A DNA stretch of 64,000 bases. Origin: Myxococcales bacterium (lineage in GTDB: Bacteria; Myxococcota_A; Polyangia; Fen-1088). Position numbers and translations under genes: made by a program. Where the stretch lies: the NCBI GenBank assembly GCA_031431215.1, contig JANPCZ010000102.1, positions 23,619-87,618 of the forward strand. The letters run 5' to 3'. This document shows, piece after piece, positions 1 through 8,895 of the stretch. Each line of letters begins with the position of its first letter. The first letter of the stretch is position 1. The notes under the pieces are model-generated. The model saw nothing but the letters and a program-made list of their open reading frames with translations, had not been told where the DNA came from and searched no databases.

Positions 1-519
1 CCGCTGGGCGGCAATCGGCTTGGGCCGCGGCGTACCTACGTGAACTTGATGACCGTCATGTTGCTGGGTGGGCTGTGGCATGGCGCTAGCTGGAACTTCG
101 TGCTCTGGGGCGCCATTCACGGTGGCATGCTGTCGTTTGAGCGCACGCAGGGCAAGTCGTCGCCCTACCGCCGGCTGCCGCGGTCGGTGCGCGTCGGTAT
201 CACCTTTCTCGTGGTGTGCCTGTCCTGGGTGTTTTTCCGGGCCAAGACCCTGGGTCAGGCAGTGGTGTACTTCAAATCGATGCTGGGCCTCAGCGCCGTG
301 ACAGCCGCTTCGGATGTGGCGGCGGGTGCGCTGTACACGCCCTATCACGGGTCGATGTTCGTGGTGTCGGCGCTGGTGGTATGGGCGGCGCCAAACACCT
401 GGGCATTCACCAATCGCTTGACCGTACCGCGCGCGGTAGGCGGGCTGGCGCTGCTGGTGCTAGCGCTGCTGGTGATGTGGACGCAGACCACCAACCCATT
501 CCTGTATTTCCAGTTCTGA
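1..519 (+). CDS. MBOAT-family membrane O-acyltransferase (AlgI/DltB/PatA-like), C-terminal fragment; the 5' end lies upstream of the window
   Basis: The ORF runs from the window edge. It carries the conserved MBOAT histidine block 'GGLWHGASWNFVLWGAIHG', followed by hydrophobic TM segments. Confidence 0.8.
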   Translation, partial: PLGGNRLGPRRTYVNLMTVMLLGGLWHGASWNFVLWGAIHGGMLSFERTQGKSSPYRRLPRSVRVGITFLVVCLSWVFFRAKTLGQAVVYFKSMLGLSAVTAASDVAAGALYTPYHGSMFVVSALVVWAAPNTWAFTNRLTVPRAVGGLALLVLALLVMWTQTTNPFLYFQF

Positions 520-522
520 ACC

Positions 523-1776
523 ATGAGCCAGGGCGGCCCCACCGATCCATCACACGACGCAGATCTGCGTCGCGGGATCTTGCGCACGGACATGCCACGC
601 TGGCTGGCATGGGTTGCCGTCGTCGTGTTCGTCCTGATGATCTACGGCCTGCCGGTGGGCCAGGCGGTGATCGAGAGGGTCAACGGCGAGGACTCGATGC
701 TGCTGGATATCTTCAAGCGGGCGCCGACCAAGGAAAGCTTCAAGCAGTACGAGGACGACATCGACAAGGCGTCCTACATCAAAGAGAGGGTGCAGCCGCG
801 GGTTCAGTACGCGCTGACCAACTGGGGCGGCGCCGGTAACAAGAAGGCGCTGATCGGGCGCGGCGGTTGGTTGTTCTATAAGCCGGGCGTGATGGCGGTG
901 GCGGGGCCGGGTTTTCTCGACGAGGCGTGGAACCGCAGCCGGGCCAAGAGTGCACTCGACGAAGAAAGCGAAGTCATCCACCCGGATCCGCGGCCGGCCA
1001 TTCTGGACTTTCACAGGGCACTCGCCGCGCGCGGGATCAAGCTTGTGCTGTTCCCGGTGCCTGACAAGTCGAGCGCCCAACCGTTGCAGTTGCACGGACG
1101 CGCGGCTACGGCTGGCGCGGCGTCGGCGCGCAACCGCGACTATGATCGCTTCGTAGCTGAGATGCGCGCCGCGGGCATCGTGGTGCTGGATCTGCCGCTT
1201 CCCGGCGGTTCGCACGACGGGCGGCCCCGGTATCTGGTTCAGGACACGCACTGGACGCCGGAGTTCATGACCGAAGCAGCAGCGGCCTTGGTGCAGGTGC
1301 TGGTGCCGCAGTTCCTGCCGGCGCGTCCACCGCGGCCGGCGCCTCCGCCCCGGCAGGTGTCGCGGCTGGGCGACATCGTCGACATGTTGAAGTTGCCCGA
1401 AGGGCAAACCGGGTTTGTCCCGCAGACCGTCACGCTGTACCAGATGCAGGACTGGCAGCCGAAACCAGACGCGCCCGTGCTGCTGCTGGGTGACAGCTTC
1501 ACCAACATTTTCTCGCTCGAGCAAATGGGCTGGGGCGAGTCCGCGGGGCTTGCGCCGACGCTGTCACGGCTGCTTGATCTCGACATCGACGTCATCGCGC
1601 AGAACGACTCGGGTGCGTTCGCCACCCGACAGACGCTGTCGCGCGCGCTCGGCGCAGGCGAGGATCGCCTGAAGGGCAAGCGCGTGGTCATCTGGGAGTT
1701 CGCCTCGCGCGAGCTGGCGGTCGGCGACTGGAAGCCGTTGCCGTGGCCGGCGGTGGTGGCCGAGGCAGCGCGATGA
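523..1776 (+). CDS. AlgJ/AlgX-like SGNH-fold O-acetyltransferase partner of the MBOAT protein (N-terminal signal anchor)
   Basis: Carries 'QDTHWTPE' (the AlgJ family D-x-H-W motif) and a C-terminal 'LLLGDSFTN' SGNH block, with an N-terminal TM segment. It starts 4 nt after the MBOAT stop. An alternative start is ATG 592. Confidence 0.7.
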   Translation: MSQGGPTDPSHDADLRRGILRTDMPRWLAWVAVVVFVLMIYGLPVGQAVIERVNGEDSMLLDIFKRAPTKESFKQYEDDIDKASYIKERVQPRVQYALTNWGGAGNKKALIGRGGWLFYKPGVMAVAGPGFLDEAWNRSRAKSALDEESEVIHPDPRPAILDFHRALAARGIKLVLFPVPDKSSAQPLQLHGRAATAGAASARNRDYDRFVAEMRAAGIVVLDLPLPGGSHDGRPRYLVQDTHWTPEFMTEAAAALVQVLVPQFLPARPPRPAPPPRQVSRLGDIVDMLKLPEGQTGFVPQTVTLYQMQDWQPKPDAPVLLLGDSFTNIFSLEQMGWGESAGLAPTLSRLLDLDIDVIAQNDSGAFATRQTLSRALGAGEDRLKGKRVVIWEFASRELAVGDWKPLPWPAVVAEAAR

Positions 1777-2693
1777 CGGGGCGGGTCCTGGTGACGGGCG
1801 CCGCTGGCGCGATGGGCTCGCGGCTGGTGCATGGACTCGCTGCCGCGGGGTGGGTGGTGCGGGCGCTGGTGCTGCCCGGGGATCCCCTGCGTTCGCGGAT
1901 CGCGGGCATCGCAAGCGAGGTGGTCGAGGGCGACGTCACCGACGCGGCGGCGATGGCTGCGGCATGTGTGGGCGTCGATACCGTCTATCACCTGGCGGCG
2001 GTGATCATTGCGCACGACTCGGCGGTGTTTCGCCGGGTCAACCGCGACGGTACGGCGCACATGGTGGTGGCGGCCGCGTCCGCGGGTGTCCGCCACTTCA
2101 TCTATGTGTCGTCGGCGTCGGTGACCTATCCGCGCCTGACTGCGTACGGCCAGTCCAAACTGGACGCTGAGGACATTGTCAAATCCGAGCGGGGCTTTCA
2201 GTACACCATCGTCCGGCCCACGCTGGTCTACGACCAGACCGGCGGGCAAGAGTTCGCGATGTTTCGCGCGTACCTGCAGCGCTTCCCGGTGGTGCCGTTC
2301 ATAGGTCCCGGGCATGCGAAGAAGAGTCCGGTGTTCTCGGGTGACGTGGTGGCGGGCCTGCTGGCGCTGGCCGGCAACGATCGCGCGCACGGCAAGACCT
2401 ACAATTTCGCCGGTGGCGAGGCCATCGAGGTAGCCGAGCTGGCGCGGTTGATGCTCGCGCAGCAGGGAGTGAGCAAACGCTTCGTGCACGTGCCGGTGGC
2501 GCTGTGCCGCGCGGCCGCTGCTGTGCTGGGCCGGGTGATGGCTTTTCCACCGCTGACTTTGTATACGATCGCCGCCATGCTCCACGATGCCGATCTGGAC
2601 TGCGGTCCCGCGGCGGCCGATCTCGGCTATCGTCCGCTTGGCGTGCGTGAAGGTTTCCGCAAGTGCTTTGGTACAAAGGAGACGCGATCATGA
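1773..2693 (+). CDS. NAD(P)-dependent sugar-nucleotide epimerase/dehydratase/reductase (extended SDR)
   Basis: Rossmann motif 'VLVTGAAGAMGSRLV' and catalytic 'YGQSK' (YxxxK). ATGA start/stop overlap with the upstream gene. Confidence 0.75.
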   Translation: MTGRVLVTGAAGAMGSRLVHGLAAAGWVVRALVLPGDPLRSRIAGIASEVVEGDVTDAAAMAAACVGVDTVYHLAAVIIAHDSAVFRRVNRDGTAHMVVAAASAGVRHFIYVSSASVTYPRLTAYGQSKLDAEDIVKSERGFQYTIVRPTLVYDQTGGQEFAMFRAYLQRFPVVPFIGPGHAKKSPVFSGDVVAGLLALAGNDRAHGKTYNFAGGEAIEVAELARLMLAQQGVSKRFVHVPVALCRAAAAVLGRVMAFPPLTLYTIAAMLHDADLDCGPAAADLGYRPLGVREGFRKCFGTKETRS

Positions 2694-3691
2694 CCAGATC
2701 CGGTATTGCAGTCTGTGTTCTCTTCGCAGCGTGTGGGACCGTGGGTGCGCCACCGGCGGGCGGTGACGAGACGGTAGGTGACGCCGAGGCCGCAGCGATG
2801 AAAGACGTCGGCGGAAAGGCGGCAGGCAAGATCGTCTGGTCGAGTTCTCGCGTGGGCAACCACGATCTGTTCGTCATGAGCACCGACGGCTCGGGTACGA
2901 CACAGTTGACCAAGGGCGACGCGGTCGACTGGTTTCCGCGCTTCTCGCCCGACGGGACGCGCATTCTGTTTTGCCGCAGCAAAAAAGGTTGGGTCAGCGA
3001 GCGCGACGCCAACACGCTCAACAAGTGGGACCTGTGGCTCATGAGCGCCGCCGGTGGCGACGAAAAGAAGATCGTCGACAACGCCAGCTGGGGCAGCTGG
3101 ATAGGCGCCGACGAAATCGTCTACGTGCGCGGGACCCAGATATTCCGGCGCACTCTTGATGGCGAAGCGCAAGCCATCATGAACAGCGAGGGCGTCGCCG
3201 CCCTGGATGGCGCGCTCTTGCAGCAGCCCGAGATGTCGAAGGACGGGCGTTTCATCGCCATCACGCTACGCGGATCGAAGCGCGAGACCGGCATCTGGAA
3301 CATCGCGAAAAAGACCTGGACCACCACCGGCCTGGGCTGCCAGATCAACTGGACGCCCGACGGTGGCCGCATCTACTGGGTCAATCCGACCGGTAACGGC
3401 GGCAGCGAGGTGTTCACCATGCCGATTGCCAACGGGAAGCCGGCGAAAAAAATGACCGATGACGAGTTGAAGTTCATCGACATCCCGGGTCGCCGCTCGC
3501 ACGAGTACTTCCCGCAGGTGTCGGCTGACGGCAAGTGGCTGGTGTGGGCGGCCACGCAGCGCGGGCACGACCACGACATCGCGGATTACGAAATCTACCT
3601 GTGGGAGATTGGCACGTCGCCCGACAAGGCCGTGCGCCTGACCTTTCATTCGGGCAACGACCGCTGGCCCGACCTGTTTCTGGGGCGATGA
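2690..3691 (+). CDS. TolB-like (PD40/WD40-like) β-propeller periplasmic lipoprotein
   Basis: Lipoprotein signal 'CVLFAACG'. Repeated 'SPDG(T/K)...' PD40-type repeats ('FPRFSPDGTRILF', 'FPQVSADGKWLVW'). ATGA overlaps at both ends. Confidence 0.6.
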   Translation: MTRSGIAVCVLFAACGTVGAPPAGGDETVGDAEAAAMKDVGGKAAGKIVWSSSRVGNHDLFVMSTDGSGTTQLTKGDAVDWFPRFSPDGTRILFCRSKKGWVSERDANTLNKWDLWLMSAAGGDEKKIVDNASWGSWIGADEIVYVRGTQIFRRTLDGEAQAIMNSEGVAALDGALLQQPEMSKDGRFIAITLRGSKRETGIWNIAKKTWTTTGLGCQINWTPDGGRIYWVNPTGNGGSEVFTMPIANGKPAKKMTDDELKFIDIPGRRSHEYFPQVSADGKWLVWAATQRGHDHDIADYEIYLWEIGTSPDKAVRLTFHSGNDRWPDLFLGR

Positions 3692-4776
3692 CCATCCGTC
3701 AGGTGGGCAGGCCGCATCGCATCGCCGTGCTGGGCGCGGGCGGGTTCGTGGGCTCGCACCTGGTGCCCGCGCTGGCGGCGCGGGGTGATGTGGTCATCGA
3801 CGCGGTGGATGTCACGCTCGACAAGTTGCCACCCACGCCGGCGCATGTGACCCGCATCCAGGCGTCCATCGGGAGCGCCGGTCTACTCGACCAGATCACC
3901 GCTCGCTGCGACACCGTGGTGTCGTTGACTGCGCTATGCAATCCGGCGCTGTACAACACGCGCCCGCTGGACGTCATCGACGCCAGCTTCACCGACCTAC
4001 TGCCCCTGGTAAAACTGTGCGCGGCGCGCGCGCGCTGGCTCATTCACTTTTCGACCTGCGAGGTGTATGGACGCGTGGCGCTGGACAGCGACGGGCGGCC
4101 GAGCGAGACGATGAACGAGGACGCCTCGGGGCTGTTCCTGGGGCCGGTGCACAAGGAACGCTGGACCTACGCGTGCGCCAAGCAACTGGCCGAGCGGGTG
4201 ATCTTTGCGCACGGTCGCCACGGGGGCTTGCCGTTTACCATCATCCGGCCGTTCAACGTGATCGGACCACGAATGGATTTCGTGCCCGGCATTGACGGCG
4301 AGGGCGTGCCGCGGGTGCTGGCGTCGTTCATGTCGGCGTTGTTGCGCGGCGATGATCTGCTGTTGGTCGATAGTGGGCGGCAGCGGCGCTCGTTCGTGTC
4401 AGTGGCGGAATTCGTCGATGCGATTGTGAGGGTCATCGACCGCCCGCACGTCACCCACGGCGAGATCCTGAACCTGGGTCATCCCGGTAACGACGTCAGC
4501 ATCCGCAGTCTGGCGCTGGCCCTGGTCCGCGCCTACGGACAGCAGGTGCCCGGTGCTCGCGTGCCTCGGTTGCGCGAAATCACCGCCGAGAGTTTGTATG
4601 GCCCCGGCTACGACGACTCGATCGAGCGTATTCCCGACATCGACAAGGCGCGACGGCTGCTCGACTGGGAGCCGCGCGTGACGCTCGACGAGATGCTCCC
4701 CGGTATCGTGGCCGACTACGTGGCTCGCTACGGGGCAGCGGTCAACGCTCAGGGCCAGAGGCACGCTGGCGAATGA
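3688..4776 (+). CDS. ArnA C-terminal-domain-like UDP-glucuronate oxidative decarboxylase (UDP-GlcA to UDP-4-keto-pentose); no formyltransferase domain
   Basis: Rossmann 'IAVLGAGGFVGSHLV', 'HFSTCEVYG', 'GPVHKERWTYACAKQLAERV' and 'RPFNVIGPRMD...SGRQRRSFV' line up block-for-block with the ArnA dehydrogenase domain and UXS (recalled from memory). ATGA overlaps. Confidence 0.7.
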   Translation: MTIRQVGRPHRIAVLGAGGFVGSHLVPALAARGDVVIDAVDVTLDKLPPTPAHVTRIQASIGSAGLLDQITARCDTVVSLTALCNPALYNTRPLDVIDASFTDLLPLVKLCAARARWLIHFSTCEVYGRVALDSDGRPSETMNEDASGLFLGPVHKERWTYACAKQLAERVIFAHGRHGGLPFTIIRPFNVIGPRMDFVPGIDGEGVPRVLASFMSALLRGDDLLLVDSGRQRRSFVSVAEFVDAIVRVIDRPHVTHGEILNLGHPGNDVSIRSLALALVRAYGQQVPGARVPRLREITAESLYGPGYDDSIERIPDIDKARRLLDWEPRVTLDEMLPGIVADYVARYGAAVNAQGQRHAGE

Positions 4777-5495
4777 AGCTTGTCGTCGTGATTCCCGCGT
4801 ACAACGCCGGCCGCCACCTGCGCGGTGTGGTTGATCGGGTGCGCACGGCGGCGCCGGTCGGGCTTCACCGCATTGTGATCGTCAACGATGGCAGCAGCGA
4901 TGACACCCGAGCGTTGTCAGCATCGCTTGCGGTTGGTGACCCGGGCGTCACACTGGTGGATCGGCCGCGCAACGGCGGCTACGGCGCCGCGATGAAGGAT
5001 GCCCTTGCCGCCGCCCGCGCGGCTGGTGCCGACGTTGTCGCGTGCGTCCACGCCGACGGGCAGTACAGTCCCGAGGCGCTGCCGGAGTTGCTAGAAGATC
5101 GCGCGCGCCGTGGCCTGGATGTGCTGCAAGGGTCGCGCATCGCCGGCGGCGCGGCGCTTGCCGGCGGCATGCCGGTCACCAAGTACGTGGCCAACTGGTG
5201 CTTGAACCGCATCGAGAACGTGACCCTGGGACTGACGATGACTGACTACCACAGCGGCTATCTGGTCTACGGCCCGCGGGCGCTTGCCGAACTGTCGTTC
5301 GGTTGCTTGTCCGACAGCTTCGATTTCGATCTGGAGGTCATCGCTTCGGCGCGGGCGCGCGGCCTGCTGGTCGGCGAGGCGCCGATTCCCACCCACTACG
5401 GCGACGAGATATCGTACCTGCGTCCGATCCCGTACACGCTGCGGGTTCTGCGCGTGCTGTGGCGCTACCGGCGAGGTGCGTATGCGCGTTCCTAG
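4773..5495 (+). CDS. Small soluble GT2 glycosyltransferase, polyprenyl-phosphate sugar synthase type (ArnC/DPM1/Ppm1-like)
   Basis: 'VVVIPAYNAG' and 'IVIVNDGSSDDT' GT-A/GT2 signature with DxD. 240 aa with no TM tail. ATGA overlap with the ArnA-like gene. Confidence 0.7.
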   Translation: MKLVVVIPAYNAGRHLRGVVDRVRTAAPVGLHRIVIVNDGSSDDTRALSASLAVGDPGVTLVDRPRNGGYGAAMKDALAAARAAGADVVACVHADGQYSPEALPELLEDRARRGLDVLQGSRIAGGAALAGGMPVTKYVANWCLNRIENVTLGLTMTDYHSGYLVYGPRALAELSFGCLSDSFDFDLEVIASARARGLLVGEAPIPTHYGDEISYLRPIPYTLRVLRVLWRYRRGAYARS

Positions 5496-7551
5496 CTGCG
5501 GCGGGCGCTGCGCCCTGGTTGCGATGCTGTTACCGCTGGCGTGCCATTCTGGCGGCCCGCGTTTCCCGTGGCCGGGCGCTGCCGACAACGTCGCCTTCGA
5601 GCATGCCGAGGTGCGCACTGTGAATGCCGGTTATCGGCGAACCACGTCGCGGGTGCTGGTGCGTGAGATCGATCGTCCGACGCGCGCCACGCTGGACTAC
5701 GCGGCCTACAACGCCAACTTCATGAACGCCGACGCCGAGCCGGAAGATCCGGCCGCGGCCGGGGTCGGCGCGCGGCCAGATGCGAGCCATCCGTTCGCAG
5801 GCGTGTTCGACGCTGCGACTTTGACGGCGTCGATCCGCAAGACGCCGTTGACCCCAGCCGAACGCGCACATCCACTGGCGTTCGCACCGCTGGTGGAGTA
5901 CTTGGCAACCAAGAACGCCGACGCCGCCTCCGGGCTTGAGGATGTCGCCGCGGCCGTGCGCGCCGAGTCCTGGGGCCTGCCCGGTGGCCCCCACATCGCG
6001 CGCCAGTTGGCCGCCCTGGTGTTCCTGCACGATCCGGGCGCGGACGCAGCGGCCGAGGTGTGGGTGAAGGTCGAGCTGTGGCCGTGGTTCAAGGCTTTTC
6101 CTGACGCTCCCGACGAGGACGGCGACGGCTTTCCGGAAGTCTACGGACGCGTGCGCGCCGATCTGATCAAGCCGGCGACGCTCGCTCTCATCCGGGACGA
6201 CTACGTTGGCAAGCCGTTCGGCGCCGCCGAGGTGAAGTCGTGGGCCAACCAGCTGTCGTCGTACTGGTACCCGTCGTACAACACCGATCTGGTGAAGGGC
6301 GCCGTGGTGTGGCCGGACGACGCAACCGAGTCCGAGGTCCGCGGCGAACTGGGCGGACGCACGTTCGACACGCCAGCGGTCGTGATGCGCGGCAAGCCGC
6401 AGGGCAAGCCGGTCTACAACGTCTTTCTGCTCAAGACGCCCGACGGCAAGCCGGCCGTTCGCCCCGCCGGGCCGGCAGCGACGGCGCCCACGCCGAAGCT
6501 CAAGCGCACCACCCCGACGCCGACGCCGGGCCCGGTCGCCGATGTGGTCAGGCGCGAACTTGCGGCCGCGGGTGGTGGATGGGACAAGTGGGCAGCCAGC
6601 GTCGCGCCGTTCGCCGACAGTGTCCGCAAGCGCGAGAAGAGCACGCCCGCGAGTGTGAAGGGGCTGCCCGGGCTCGATGGTTTCCTGTTCTTCCGTAACG
6701 CGCTTGACTACGTGGTCGGCGGCGATCTCGAGCAGCAAAAGCCCGGCAAGGCTCCGCTGCCGCTGATCGTTGAATTTCGCAAGCTGCTGGCCGACAACGG
6801 TGTCGATTTCCTGTTCGTGCCGGTGCCGACCAAGAGCGAAGTTCTGCCCGACAAGTTCGATCCGGCCGGCAAGCCGTTCGTCGGCAAGGTGGTCAACCCA
6901 TTTGCGCGCAAGTTCGCTCTGGCGCTGACCCAGGCCGGCGTCGAGGTGCTGGACCTCCTGCCGGCTTTCCTGGCCGAGCGGGCGAAGGACGCCACCGCGA
7001 AGGAGCCGATCTACCAGGCGCAGGACACCCACTGGAGTGCGCGCGGGATCGATCTCGCCGCCCGGCTGGTCGCCGCCCGGGTCAAGCAATACCCGTGGTA
7101 CCGCGAGCTTGCTAGCCACCCGCGAAAGTACACGGTGTCGGACGCTCCTTTCGTACGCCACGGAGATCTGCACTCGCGCCTGGCGCCCGCATTGCGTGGC
7201 AAGTACAAGCCCGAGACGCTGGTCGGGCATCAGGTGAAGGGCCCCGATGGCGCGCTCTACGAGGATGACGCCGACAGCCCGATCATCGTACTGGGCGACA
7301 GCTTCACCGGCGTGTACCAGTTGACTGACTGCCAACACGCTGGAATCTCGGCGCACATCGCCCGCGAGATTAGCAGCCCCGTGGATCTGGTGATGAGCTA
7401 CGGCGGTGGTCCCAACGTACGGCAGACGCTGATGCGCCGGGGCGTAGCTGATCTCAGCCGCCGCAAGCTGGTCATCTACATGATGACCGCGCGCGATCTG
7501 TACAACTACTCCGAGGGCTGGGATCCGTTGCGGTTGGAAGCCGGCAAGTGA
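5482..7551 (+). CDS. Lipoprotein with a ~400-aa N-terminal domain of unknown function fused to a C-terminal AlgJ/AlgX-like SGNH domain
   Basis: Signal peptide with lipobox 'LLPLACHSG'. C-terminal 'AQDTHWSARG' and 'IIVLGDSFTGVYQ' repeat the AlgJ motifs of the 523–1776 gene. Its start overlaps the GT2 gene stop by 14 nt. Confidence 0.6.
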   Translation: MRVPSCGGRCALVAMLLPLACHSGGPRFPWPGAADNVAFEHAEVRTVNAGYRRTTSRVLVREIDRPTRATLDYAAYNANFMNADAEPEDPAAAGVGARPDASHPFAGVFDAATLTASIRKTPLTPAERAHPLAFAPLVEYLATKNADAASGLEDVAAAVRAESWGLPGGPHIARQLAALVFLHDPGADAAAEVWVKVELWPWFKAFPDAPDEDGDGFPEVYGRVRADLIKPATLALIRDDYVGKPFGAAEVKSWANQLSSYWYPSYNTDLVKGAVVWPDDATESEVRGELGGRTFDTPAVVMRGKPQGKPVYNVFLLKTPDGKPAVRPAGPAATAPTPKLKRTTPTPTPGPVADVVRRELAAAGGGWDKWAASVAPFADSVRKREKSTPASVKGLPGLDGFLFFRNALDYVVGGDLEQQKPGKAPLPLIVEFRKLLADNGVDFLFVPVPTKSEVLPDKFDPAGKPFVGKVVNPFARKFALALTQAGVEVLDLLPAFLAERAKDATAKEPIYQAQDTHWSARGIDLAARLVAARVKQYPWYRELASHPRKYTVSDAPFVRHGDLHSRLAPALRGKYKPETLVGHQVKGPDGALYEDDADSPIIVLGDSFTGVYQLTDCQHAGISAHIAREISSPVDLVMSYGGGPNVRQTLMRRGVADLSRRKLVIYMMTARDLYNYSEGWDPLRLEAGK

Positions 7552-8387
7552 CGGCGGCGCCGCCGCGCTGGCTGGCACTGGCCCTGAGCGGATGCGTCGC
7601 GCTGTCACTGGCGAGTTGCCGGCGGGCCGATGGCGCACGTCCGGCGCGGCCGCGCACGCTTGAGTTGCTGGCTGCCGGTGGCGCCGTCGATCCGGCGGCC
7701 TCGCTGCTGGCTCTCGAGCGGATCGTGTCGCGGGTGCGCGAGGAGCGCAGACAGAAGCCCGTCGACACGATGCTGGCGGTGCTGAACCGTGTGGTCTTCG
7801 AGCACCTGGGATTCGCCCGCGAGATCGATGATCAGGATCCGCGTTTCATGTTGCTGCCGTCAGTGTTGGATCTGCGTCGCGGCAGTTGCGTGGGACTTGG
7901 CACGCTGTACCTGGCGCTCGGCGAGTGGTTGGGTTTGCCGATTGCGGGCGTGGTGGTGCCCGGTCACTTCTTCGTCCGCGTCACCGACGAGGGTGGCGTT
8001 CACAACGTCGAACTACTGCGGGGCGGCGAGGACATGCCCGACGACTTCTATCGCGGCAAATACCATGTGCCGTTGGCGGGCGCGCCCGCGTATCTGCGCC
8101 CGCTGGCACACTCCGAAGTGCTGGGTGTAGTCAGCTACAACCTGGGCAACGATCTGCGTCGGCGCGGGCGCCTGGCGGAGGCGCGGGATGCGTATGCGCG
8201 CGCAACCGCCAGCTTTCCCGCGTTCGCAGAGGCCCATGCGAGCCTGGGCCTGGTCCTGCAACTGCAGGGTGATCTACCGGCGGCCGAGCAAGCCTACGCA
8301 GCGGCACGGGCCGCGAACCCGGACCTGCCGGGGTTGGAACAGAACCTGAAGGTGCTCGAAAAAGAACGGCACGGAGGCGTCGAATGA
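7548..8387 (+). CDS. SirB1/YchA-like lipoprotein: transglutaminase-like core plus C-terminal TPR repeats
   Basis: Lipobox 'LSLASC'. 'RRGSCVGLGTLYLALGEWLGLPIAGVVVPGHFFVRV' gives a Cys...His transglutaminase-like core. The C-terminus has TPR-like helices 'AEAHASLGLVLQLQGDLPAAEQAY'. GTG start overlaps the previous stop. Confidence 0.55.
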   Translation: MTAAPPRWLALALSGCVALSLASCRRADGARPARPRTLELLAAGGAVDPAASLLALERIVSRVREERRQKPVDTMLAVLNRVVFEHLGFAREIDDQDPRFMLLPSVLDLRRGSCVGLGTLYLALGEWLGLPIAGVVVPGHFFVRVTDEGGVHNVELLRGGEDMPDDFYRGKYHVPLAGAPAYLRPLAHSEVLGVVSYNLGNDLRRRGRLAEARDAYARATASFPAFAEAHASLGLVLQLQGDLPAAEQAYAAARAANPDLPGLEQNLKVLEKERHGGVE

Positions 8388-8440
8388 CCTCGAATGAACC
8401 GCTTACTCCGGCCGTCCAACTTCGGATAGTATCCCCCGCC

Positions 8441-8878
8441 ATGACGAAACGCGGTTTTCGACTCGCCGTTCTTTTCGCTGTCCCCGCGGCCGCAATGGCC
8501 ATCGCCAGGCCGACGCCGGCTGTCGCCGACGAGCCCTTGGTGGTGACCGCGAAGCTTGTGGAGATCCCGGGCAAGTTTCCGTCTGACGATCTGTATGACT
8601 ACGCTTTCGTGATGCGCTACGAGGCCGTGGGCGGGCCGATGGCGGGCAAGTCCCTGCTGGTCGCGCACTACAAGCCGCGGCAGCCGCGCAACAAGATCAA
8701 AGACAAGATGAAGGACAAGGTCGGCGGCAAGCTGCGTAGCTTCGTGGTCGGCGATACGCACAAGCTCAAGCTCACCACCGACCTCAAGAAGATCTGGGCG
8801 GGCGCCCTGGTCGATGAGTTCGCCGCCACCGATCGCAAGAGCGTTCGCTACTTCTGTCTGGAAGCGGACCCGGGCTGA
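8441..8878 (+). CDS. Small secreted Lys-rich hypothetical protein (alternative start 8384, coupled to the upstream stop)
   Basis: Signal peptide 'MTKRGFRLAVLFAVPAAAMAIA' and a Lys-rich middle 'PRQPRNKIKDKMKDKVGGK'. No recognisable domain. Confidence 0.45.
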   Translation: MTKRGFRLAVLFAVPAAAMAIARPTPAVADEPLVVTAKLVEIPGKFPSDDLYDYAFVMRYEAVGGPMAGKSLLVAHYKPRQPRNKIKDKMKDKVGGKLRSFVVGDTHKLKLTTDLKKIWAGALVDEFAATDRKSVRYFCLEADPG

Positions 8879-8895
8879 CCCCCGTCGCGCGGTCG

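Noticed and set aside
1-1776. Interpretation of the MBOAT + AlgJ-like pair as a stand-alone peptidoglycan O-acetylation PatA/PatB system
   Set aside because: It cannot be excluded from sequence. But tight coupling to sugar-nucleotide, GT2 and GT-C genes in one operon argues the acetylation acts on the product of this glycosylation pathway rather than on generic peptidoglycan. It is kept as an alternative inside the main finding.
5530-7638. 702-aa − strand ORF antisense to the AlgJ-fusion gene
   Set aside because: Arg/Ala/Gly-rich low-complexity translation typical of antisense frames in 70 % GC DNA. It has no motifs, whereas the + frame has a signal peptide and AlgJ motifs.
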